Positions 1 through 9,788 of a DNA stretch of 64,000 nucleotides are shown here, in pieces. Below the pieces are notes generated by a model. It had not been told where the DNA came from. It did no database searches and saw nothing but the letters and a program-made list of their open reading frames with translations. Source of the DNA: the human T2T-CHM13v2.0 reference genome, Homo sapiens; assembly GCF_009914755.1 (NCBI RefSeq), contig NC_060939.1. One strand, 5' to 3'. The translations under genes and the position numbers were made by a program. The first letter of the stretch is position 1. Every line of letters starts with the position of its first letter.

Positions 1-236
1 CTACTGTTGGCACAAAGTGTGAATGTCCGTAATGCCACTGAATTGTACACTTAAAATTGGATAAAAGGGTAAGTTTTGTGTTACATATATTTTACCACAC
101 ATACAGAGAAAAGTATTGCTGGGCCTGGCCATCATCTCTCAATGCCTGAAAGGTACCACCCACATCTTCAACACTGTGTGACCTGAGGGCAGCTTAACCA
201 AATTGACCTAGAGTCACGGAATGTTGTCACACAGGT
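1..236 (+). repeat. Local direct duplication, copy 1 (old L1M 3' end plus flanking sequence)
   Basis: Roughly 80% identical by eye to 922-1138, e.g. aatgcctgaaaggtacca in both. Confidence 0.85.
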
Positions 237-921
237 CTAATCTGACCACCCCCGGCAAAACTGTGATGCTCCAACCCATGAGCCTGGGACCACAGTCTTT
301 ATACTTGTTCCACTTCTCCAAAGCTTCTTTTCAACTTCCTGAGTTGTTTTAGCAGCAAAGGAGATGGTGGTGAATTTAGACCAGAACCCTAATGGTCTGA
401 TAACACCTACACAGTGGTGTCCAGTGTTCTTCCCAAGGTGGATCCCGTGCCTCGGGTGTCCAGAGGACAGAACAAGCTCCACCTTGATGTCGTGTTGCCC
501 TGGTTTCTTTTTCACCACTGGGCAATGTGTGCTTGGTCTATAACTCTCTCAGTGCTCAGCCACAGAAATGCCAGTGCTGTTTGGCTTTGATTTTTACCCA
601 GGAAAAAGACAACTTTTCAGAACTGGTAGCCATCTTTCCTTTTTTTTTTTTTAAAGTCCATTTTTGAGGCTTAGGCTCTAGAAGAGAGTAAGTGCTATGA
701 TCTACTGTTTTGATTTTATTATTTTGGTTTCAGTTATTGATGTTGCTAAAACCATTTGAGTGTATTTTGTTCACAGTGAGTGTATATCTTTAAAGATTTT
801 GTTCCAGAAAATGAGTCTGTCTGCAAATTTCCGTGGGATGTCAAGCTAACGGCTTTTTCCTTTTGGAGTTAGGGGGAAGGGGCTGCAGGTGGAGAGGCAT
901 CCTGACCTTTCTATCCTGGTA

Positions 922-1138
922 TTGCTGTTGTACAACAGTGTCAGTGTATTAATACTTAACATTAGGTAAAAGGGTAAATTTTGTGTTATATATATTGTAC
1001 CACACATACAAAGAAAACTATTGCTGTGCCTGGCCATTGTCTCTTAATGCCTGAAAGGTACCAGCCACATCTTCCACACTGTGACCCGAGGGTGGCTTAA
1101 CCAAACTGACTTAAGAGTCCTGAAAGTTTGCACAGGGG
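922..1138 (+). repeat. Local direct duplication, copy 2
   Basis: Colinear with 1-236. Confidence 0.85.
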
Positions 1139-1304
1139 ACCTGTCATCTGCTTCTTGTTAAGGAACCATCCCATTTCAGGTGTGGTTTGTCAACAAAAAA
1201 CAATAGGCAGGTGAAGAGCCAGGTGACCCGGCAGTAAGTAGTTTGGAAGAAAGAGCCCTTTGTGGATATGAATTGAATGTGATGCTGTTTTCTTTTGGTT
1301 ATAG

Positions 1305-1430
1305 CAAGCGGATGAGACCCTGGACTTTGAGGAACAGATCTTGGAAGCTGCTAAATCCATTGCTGCTGCCACAAGCGCCCTGGTCAAATCGGCCTCAGCA
1401 GCCCAGAGGGAGCTGGTGGCCCAAGGAAAG
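1305..1430 (+). CDS. TLN2: TLN2 coding exon (126 nt, QADETLDF...VAQGK), I/LWEQ block 1 helix
   Basis: Acceptor ttttggttatag|CAA; donor AAG|gtgggt; 42 codons, in frame with ORF 1341..1580. Confidence 0.96.
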
Positions 1431-3536
1431 GTGGGTAAAGCCGCTGACCACATGCGGGACACTCAACGTACGAGAGCCTCAGGGGGCCCAGGAAAAGAGC
1501 TACAAGCTTTTGTCCTGACCAAGGAAACACATGCGGTGCCTTCCCTCCCTGAATTGCCACTCTCTGTGCTGACCGACTGAAAACTACAGCCTGCAGACCA
1601 ACAGAATAAGAGGTTTGGCTTCTGGGCCTCTCATCTGCTTCTTGTTAAGGAAAGCATCCCATTCCAGGCAGTGACTGGGGCCTGAACGAGATATTTATAT
1701 TCCCACTGTACATTAGGCTACGTAAAGATGTAAACTGTCATATTTTCCTGGTGGGCCGCTCTAGAAGCACCGCATTCGGCGGCTTTTATGATACCACTTT
1801 CCAGCTCCAAAGGGTTCCGTTTGTTTTTAGGACTGTCGAGCTGAATACTGGCCAGCTTCGCAGTTAGCACTTTCCTAAGTCTGCTGGTGAATGGGCCAGT
1901 CAGATTTTAAATCTGAAATTTCTTCAGCTTTATCTCTAGTCACCCATTCCATCTACTTTAGCATAAAAGTATAGTGTTTTTTGTTTTTTTTGAGGATTCA
2001 AAGGATTATTAGTACATTAGTAATTCTGGATATGGAACAGTCTTCCGATTTAACATGTTCCATGTGTCTTGTTATTTACATACACATGGAAGCATCCTAT
2101 CCACGACTGGCTTTCAGAGAGCCTCTCAAATGGAGAGGCGCCACAGAAACCTGACCGTTCGTGGGTTTGGGAAATGTGGTCACCATCATTGTCATTCATT
2201 TCTGTTTGATATTAAAAGGACTTTGCTGTCAGTGTACAGATAGGTAGAGGTGAGTTGTGTCTTGACCCAAGAACTCGCAGTACAGACAGGGAGGTTGTGC
2301 CTCACCATAGGCTGTACATCTTCTTCCAGGAAGTCTTTTGTGAGCTTAGCCATGGCTTAAGTCCAGTCCACATACCTTGAATTCTCTTTCTAAACCATTG
2401 TGTTGTAGGTTATTCAGTATTGGTCCATGTTCGTCTCCCCACCTGGCACACAAGCTGTTCTCTCCATCCTTCCCGTTGATCCCCTGTAGAGCCAGCGGAA
2501 TGCCAACCTTGTCCGTCCTGTACTCAGCAAGTTCTTGTTGGCTGGTCAACATGTAAAGATGACAGATGTGTCATTGAACGGAATATCCTATGTTTAAAAA
2601 AAAATCCTGGTTATTTCAACATTGATAAAGGGCTATGTGTCCAACACATTGCTTAGATACTAGAGAATCCAACTTGGACATGGCAGAGTCCCTATCTGTC
2701 CTCCAACGAACTTACGTGTTCAAGCATTTAAAAAATTGGTGAAGGAGGTTCAGCCAGACTTGGGTGAACTATAGTATTATAGGCAGGACCTTGGAGTTTT
2801 ACCTGACATTCAGCAATCCCTGATATGGCCCTTTTATTGCTGACACACCCCCAATTTCATATTCAAATTGAGATACTCTTACCTCACCAGGCACGTCCCA
2901 CAAGCTTGAAGGTATTTCCTCCTGTGGCTTCTCCCTCTGGATGTGGACAGAAAATGTTCTACTTGTTGCCATGATTTCTAAATAGAAACAGAGATCCATA
3001 TTTCTCTCCCACCCCTGACAAATGGTATTTCCTTAAGACAAGGGTCTGCACTCAATTGTACCAGAGGGAGTTCCACCACACTTTTTTAACATCATCTGCC
3101 AGAAACGCAGTGTGGTTTTCAGGGTCAGTAATCGGGAGAGATTTAAATTTCTCTTAGCCCTTGAAAAGAGGAGGCCTAGTGGCTCCCACATATGAAATGG
3201 AGAAAGCTCAGCAGAGGAGTAAGTGTAGAAAGACAGCCCCAGGTCATCATTCCTGAGCCGTTTCCCAGAAATGCAGTACCTGGAAGCTAAGTGGAGCCAT
3301 TCTTAGCATTTCCTGTCGCCTCTTGGTGGCGAAACCTGCCAGGATGTGCTGTGCAATCTTTCTTGGCATGGCCTAAGTCCCACGTGAGAAAGGTTGCTCC
3401 ATTCTCAGGCCTGTGCTGTTGGCAGGAGGCACCAAGCGGGGTACAAGTCTGGTTCCCGAGCAAGGTCTGGGGATGAGGGGCTGCGACCACTGGGGCTGCC
3501 TGCCCTCATGGCCAATTTCTCGACTCTACTCTCTAG

Positions 3537-3599
3537 GTGGGCTCCATCCCTGCCAATGCTGCAGACGACGGACAGTGGTCACAGGGGCTGATTTCTGCT
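3537..3599 (+). CDS. TLN2: TLN2 coding exon (63 nt, VGSIPANAADDGQWSQGLISA)
   Basis: Acceptor ctactctctag|GTG; donor GCT|gtgagt; contains the conserved W of I/LWEQ block 2. Confidence 0.96.
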
Positions 3600-3690
3600 G
3601 TGAGTTGCCTTCTCCTTCCTCCCAGTTTGCTTTTGGGGTCCCCTGAGGGAGGTTTGGGCCTTGGGTCACTTCTCCGTTGACTGTCCCCAG

Positions 3691-3873
3691 GCCCGGATGG
3701 TGGCGGCTGCGACCAGCAGTCTCTGTGAGGCGGCCAATGCCTCCGTTCAGGGACACGCCAGCGAGGAGAAGCTCATCTCATCTGCCAAGCAGGTCGCCGC
3801 TTCCACGGCTCAGCTGCTGGTGGCCTGCAAGGTGAAGGCCGACCAGGATTCAGAGGCCATGAGGCGGCTACAG
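3691..3873 (+). CDS. TLN2: TLN2 coding exon (183 nt, ARMVAAAT...AMRRLQ)
   Basis: Acceptor ctgtccccag|GCC after a 91-nt intron; donor CAG|gtaatg; contains EEKLISSAKQVAASTAQLLVACKVK. Confidence 0.96.
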
Positions 3874-5139
3874 GTAATGGTCACTGATGCTGGTGGGAAA
3901 ATACTCCTGTTGGAGCGGGTAAGTGTCACCAGAGGGGACAAGCCTCACTTCCTTGGCATGACCCACCAGGCCTTCCATCAGCCAGCCCTGTCCACGTTCC
4001 AGCCTCATCTACTGCGTGCGTCCATGCATCCTCCACTGCTGCCCCACCACGCTGCCATTCTCCTCGTGTGCCTTCTGGTCTCATGCCCTGGGGCCCTGCT
4101 CCTCGCCAGCCCAACCCAGCAGACCCCTACTTGTCCTTTGTGACTCATCTGGGAAGCCCTCCCTGACTCCCAGGGTTTGGGCAGTTTATCCCTCCTCTGT
4201 GCTTTGAGAGCCCCTAGCCAGACCACTCAGGTTCCCATCACATGGTGCTACTGTAGGTCTGTCTGTGAGCAGGTTGTGAGCCTCTTAGATGCAGGCACCA
4301 CATCTTCATCTGTGCCTCTCTCATACGTTACTAACTCGGTGCCTGCTTCAGAGGAGGCCTTCAGCCAGTGTCTGCTACAGAAGGGAGTAAAATGACTGAA
4401 ATTCTATGAGACTGTTGCTGTTTCCCAGAGCCCAGAGAACATGTTAGGAAGGTAACAATCAAGTCCTTCTCAGAGCAGATACATTTTCCTGATTGCTTTA
4501 ATTATAAAAATATTTTAAATACAATAAAAGAAATGCTTAAATGAAAAAAATCACACAGCCCCAACATCTTCATATAGCAAACGTTATCATTGCTTTCTGT
4601 TCGTTTTTATCTACATATAAAATAATTTTGTCCAGTTGTAATCATGGCGAGATACATTCTGCTTTCTTTTCACTTAACATTTTATCATATGTAATTTTTC
4701 CTTGAAGATAAGGCTTCATTAACTTCTCTATGCAAAGCTAGCTGGCCCATTCTTCATGAGTTCCATTTTTAATGATTGCATGATATTACATCAACTGATT
4801 ATGCCAGAATTTCCCTATACTTTGGACATTTTGTTTCCAATTTTCGAGATTTTTTTATTGTAAGTGTTAAAATGTAGATTGTCTGTATTGCTAAAAGTAT
4901 GTTTACATCAGTCATGTAGCAAATCATAAATGGCAGAAATCTCAGAATTCTTGTTGTATTGTGAAAGGCCTAAAGTGCATTTCCATTTTTTGGCCCTCTT
5001 GAGTCCCTCTCTGACCCACACCTCCCTCACCTTTATTTGATACCTGGGATAAACCCAGGGAAAAATTGAGGAGCTGCATGTTCGTTTGTGAATATGTGAT
5101 TTCTGGGTCTGGGGGACACTTCTGAGGAAAACATCCTGA

Positions 5140-5312
5140 GTTAAGAGAGACCTGGTTCAAGTCCTGCTTCTGCCATTTATTAGGTGCATAATCTTATATA
5201 AATCACTCAAAACTTTTCAGGGGTTTCATCTGTAAAATGGGGATAGAGCCATCCACACTGACTCTTATGAGGGTCAAATAGGAGAATGCATATGACAGTG
5301 CTTTGTTAGGTC
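5140..5312 (+). mobile_element. MIR SINE fragment
   Basis: ggttcaagtcctgcttctgcc...tttcatctgtaaaatggggata core. Confidence 0.7.
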
Positions 5313-6655
5313 CTAAGGATTTACACAGATAGAATGCAGCATCACTCTTGTTCCCATCATTACCGATTTAACTGGATGTTGCAATGTTTTATTTGAGCCC
5401 CTTATAAATGACTCAGGAGTTCCCTGGGGCTAGATGGACCTATGTGCAGATCCCAGCTGTATAACCTGCTAGCTACAAAATGTTAGGTTTCTTAACCTTG
5501 GTTTCACATCAGAAAAGTGGGCTAAAGATTTCTGACCTCATAAACCCTTTGGCAAATAAGCACATGGTGATTACTTGTCAAATATTAATTGGTTCGCGTC
5601 CCACCCTGTGCAAGCCCTCATAGTTTGCATTGGTCACTTTAGTTCACAGACCAGATGGGGCAGTTAACTTTGAATGAGAAGAACTCTCAACTTTCTGATG
5701 GCGAACCCTCAAGCACAAGCCTTCGACTCTGAGGGGGCGCTGGACAAGAAATAAGAGAGGTTTAATGAAGCCTTAACCACTTTTAGAAGAAAATTCCAAA
5801 CCTCAGCTGGCATGTCCCTGGGGACATGTTTCATGAGCATTAAAAATAAGCCAATACAGGCAATAGCCCTTAAGGAAGATCTAAGGAAAAATGAAAAGCT
5901 CTTCTTTACCTGTCTCTAGCAGTCACTCCATCTTAGAGCCTGTGGTGCTGAGACCCTAAAAGTACGAGCAAAAGGCCGTAGTTACTATGAGGCTCCCAGC
6001 CCTTCCACAGAGGGGTAGCCCTTCATTCCCTCAAAGCCTTCAGTGAGCACCAACCATGGACAGCCACATTGCCGCTGCTAGGGATGCAGGGATTCCGGTC
6101 ACTGCCCCTGCCTTCAAGTTGCTGACTGTCCAGGAGGGAACAGCCAGCCACAAGCGTGGTAAAGGCTGCAGTGAAGCCGGCACAGCACACTCCAGGCACA
6201 CAGAGGGAGAGGGTATGGGTAGAGCTAAGGGAGACAAGCGAAAGTGATGTCTGCGCCAAGTCCTCAAGTATGTGCTAAATCAGATGGAGGCAGGCGAGGT
6301 GGTTTTCCAGACCAAGGAGGCAGAACTCCGGCATGCCTCTGTTAACACACACATCACATTGCTGGGATCATTTATTAAATATTTACATAATTGTAATTCC
6401 CCTCAAAAATGAGTATTCCTTGGGGGTAACAGGCACTTTGTCTCATTCATCTGTGAGTGACCAGGTAGGTTCCAGTGTTGGCAGAATCCACGGATGGATG
6501 GACAGACAGATGGGTACTCTCTGGCTACAGAACTTGATGTTATAATTGGATAATCAATTGACTCATGGTCTCACAAACTGTACCTTCATGTCTATTCTTG
6601 CCAGGCCCAAATGGCTGTTTCTAATGATATAATGTATGTTTTGTTCACTCTCCAG

Positions 6656-6781
6656 GCGGCAGGAAATGCTGTGAAAAGAGCCTCAGACAATCTTGTCCGT
6701 GCAGCCCAGAAGGCAGCTTTTGGCAAAGCTGATGACGACGATGTTGTAGTGAAAACCAAGTTTGTGGGGGGCATTGCTCAG
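6656..6781 (+). CDS. TLN2: TLN2 penultimate exon (126 nt, AAGNAVK...GGIAQ)
   Basis: Acceptor ttcactctccag|GCG; donor CAG|gtttgt; a ctaat branch-point-like motif lies at ~6621. Confidence 0.96.
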
Positions 6782-8281
6782 GTTTGTAATTAAATCAAGA
6801 ATAGTATTTACTTCCCGAGAGAGGTGTTGGGTTATAACAGAGACAAAAGAATAGTGACTTCAAGATGAAAGTTTATTTCTTCCTCGTGTACCAGAGATGG
6901 TGTGGTGTTTCCTTCATGTCTGAGAGCCAGATCCATCTGCCTTTCTATTTCACCATCCCTGAGATGTTACCCTTGGCCACGTGGTCCACGTTGGTTCAGT
7001 AGCCCCCTCAACTTTCCATGTGGCAGGAAGAGGGAAAGGAGGGGAGGCCATGACCGTAAGCTGCAGGCATTACGTCCTCTCACATACCATTGGTCAGCAC
7101 TTAATAATGTGCCCAACCCAGCTGCATGGGAGGCTGGACAATGTAGTATATATTTTTTGTGAGTAGCATTTGCCTAGATAAAAATCAAGGATTCTATTGT
7201 AGAAAGGAAGAAGAGCAAAAATGGAGGACAGCAACATTATTTAAATAAAATGATGCATTTGGAGGTACTGCCCACTGCAGACATTTGGCCCTACAGAGAA
7301 TGCTTTCCCTCTCCCAGAACTTTTATAAGAGCAGGTGGGATTCTGACTTACGCAGGATTGCATTCTCACGCATGGGAGTGAGGAGAAAGCTCTAGGAAGT
7401 CAGGCTTAAACTTTCTGATGTGTCTCCATCTCGTAAATCCATTTTAGGGGACTGTTTTATTTATCCGCATCAGGAGCACTGAAGTTATTCATTCCCCATG
7501 TCTGCCTTAGCTCTTCCTGAACCACGCCCTGTGTTTGGCTATGCACTGCATGTATTTTTACCAGAATGTGTTTCTCCATGCGCTAATTTCATGAGAAGTT
7601 TCACAGAGAAGGGGCTCTGATCAAATAACACTGGAGAATACTGCATTCAATAACCCTGCCCTGGTAATAATGATAGTCGGTAGCCTAGTCAAGGCTCTGG
7701 AAAGCCAGGAAAGGAACTGACTTTGCTTTTTTGAACACAACTTTCCCTTTCCACACAATACCTATCAGCAAGTCTTCCTCAGATCACACCTTGAAAGCGT
7801 GAAATAAGCATTTGAGGGCCATCTGGTGGTCCAGGGCTCCGCTTTAGCCTTGCCCATACCTGGACCGGGTCTTCCTCCACTGGCTGGGTGACTCCAGACA
7901 GTGGACCTACATTGCTCAGCTTCAGATTTCTTCTTGGAAAAACAAGACTTTCAACAGGGCATGCTTCACAGGGCAGCCCCTTCAGTGAAGGGACTGTCTA
8001 CGTGGAGTGTTTGCACCAGAGCCTGGTACATAGTAAGGCTGCAAGAGATGTTTGCTGTTCAATCACAGGCCAGAACCAGCGTGTTTTCATGGCTCAGCTG
8101 GGTCATTAGTCTCAAAACCCAAACAGTGACAGAGGCTGGTCGCCAGAGCTAAGAAAGCTGTTCCGGATGTGCTGCAGTGTCCCACGGTCGCGGGAGCCGT
8201 GGAGCTCACATGAGCAGTGGGGTGGGTCGGAGGGTTTTCTACAAAGTGTTAGGTCCATCCAGCTTGTTGCTTTCTTTCTAG

Positions 8282-8410
8282 ATCATCGCCGCCCAGGAAG
8301 AAATGCTAAAGAAAGAGCGAGAACTGGAAGAAGCAAGGAAAAAACTGGCCCAAATCCGCCAGCAGCAGTATAAGTTTTTACCCACCGAGCTGAGGGAAGA
8401 TGAGGGCTAA
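8282..8410 (+). CDS. TLN2: TLN2 terminal exon, coding part (IIAAQEEM...REDEG*), dimerisation helix
   Basis: Acceptor gctttctttctag|ATC; 42 codons followed by TAA at 8408-8410. Confidence 0.97.
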   Translation: MIAAQEEMLKKERELEEARKKLAQIRQQQYKFLPTELREDEG

Positions 8411-8678
8411 AGGTGCGAGCCCAGATGGCGAGCCCCAGGGGATGGCCCTGGCTGAACTGGACAGACAGTGTTCCTGAGAGGCTGGGCACTTAGCTGGAAA
8501 CCGCCCACCTCCCTCCCGGGTGAGCCTGGAGCCCTGCGTGCTTGTTCTCACATCTCTGTCCCGTCGGCACTGGCTGCATGATCGTGATGTCACACGGTAC
8601 AATGTCCTACCCACAACTCCTCTGCCGCCTCCCCTCATGCCTCACCGTGTCTCAGGAGAGAGGGGTGCACGTTTCATG

Positions 8679-8687
8679 GACTGTTAC
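8679..8687 (+). promoter_or_regulatory. Overlapping miR-132/212 8mer (GACTGTTA) and miR-194 7mer-m8 (CTGTTAC) sites
   Basis: Exact complements of seeds AACAGUC and GUAACAG, ~270 nt after the stop codon. Confidence 0.65.
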
Positions 8688-9261
8688 CAACAAAGAAAAG
8701 TCAGTATTATGTTGTTCTCAGACACTTTGGCTTTTGTTGGTCCTTCTCTTAGGCCTGCTCCTGGACCTCTTTATGATATTGTGATAGGGAAAAAAATCAT
8801 TGACGTCATAGAATATTCTTCTTCCTCTCAGGAGAAGACGGAAGCTGGAGTTGGACATGGTTCATAAAAGCCAGAAACACAAACCCGTGTGGACTCCGGG
8901 AGGGTGACTCAGGTCCTCCTTCCATGTCTTGAGCACTGGCTCACCCAGGGGGTGAAAAATTCCCGCCCCTGTTTGCACGCTTTCTTGCCTCCGTGTGTAA
9001 GCTCCTTGTACAACCCAGACCCATCTTGTATTTTGTGGCCCAGAAAACTGAACGATTATTTTGTTCCTCCGTAGTCCAAAGGGCAGAGTTGCGGAAGGCC
9101 GTCGGGGCTTGGTGAGCAGGGGCTGTAATACAGTCTGTGGGCTCCTTACCCTGCAGAGGCTGTTTCAGCTCACACAGAGTCATCCACACAAACCCACGGC
9201 TCCCAGTTGACAGTCAGTGGAATGCTCGTCTCCTTAGCGTCCAGGGTGGGGATTCTGCTGG

Positions 9262-9267
9262 AATAAA
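9262..9267 (+). terminator. Candidate proximal poly(A) signal AATAAA
   Basis: Exact hexamer in the 3' UTR; the downstream element is only moderately GU-rich. Confidence 0.35.
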
Positions 9268-9766
9268 GAGCTTCCTCAGTGACTCATCTTTAGGTCCCAC
9301 GCTGGTTTCTGTGCCTTCAGAATGGTCACAAGCCCGGATTGGAAAGGATCTGCTTACAAACCTGTCCCCTGTCCTCCAACCCAAAACGCCTTTTTTTCTG
9401 TCTTAATATCCAGAAAATCTAAATGCATCCTAAAATCAATGTGAACCTTTAACAAGATAGTTTTACTTATTATCACATAAGACATAAGATGTTTTCATTT
9501 TCTGGATGTCACACTTCCAGAATTTCATATTTTTCCCCTCTTTTCTTTCCCCTTTTCAGAGCCCTCCCATAGGAAGGGAAGGGCTTGAATTTACCCTTAA
9601 TCTGCACCTTTAGCCAAGGCAGTGCATGGAAGATGAATGGCTCGTGGGACAGAATCTAATGCCAGGGAGCAGGAGTGTTTGAAAGAATTCATAGTGGGGA
9701 AGGTAAAAGTTAATGGAAGTACATGATTTTCAAAACTGGTAACAGTTAAAGGCACTCACCCTCCGC

Positions 9767-9788
9767 CTCTCTCTCTCTCTCTCTCTCT
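9767..9788 (+). repeat. (CT)n microsatellite in the 3' UTR
   Basis: About 11 CT units. Confidence 0.9.

Noticed and set aside
1431-1580. ORF 1341..1580 continuing past the exon donor
   Set aside because: The talin-like sequence stops at the GT donor; the rest is intron read-through
3600-3690. Retention of the 91-nt intron as a coding isoform
   Set aside because: The length is not a multiple of 3 and there is an in-frame TGA at ~3678
3919-4143. Remainder of the 160-aa ORF 3661..4143
   Set aside because: No recognisable protein features after the GTAAGT donor; consistent with GC-rich intron
8408-8420. Stop-codon read-through of TLN2
   Set aside because: TAA-A context; not the leaky TGA-CTAG motif
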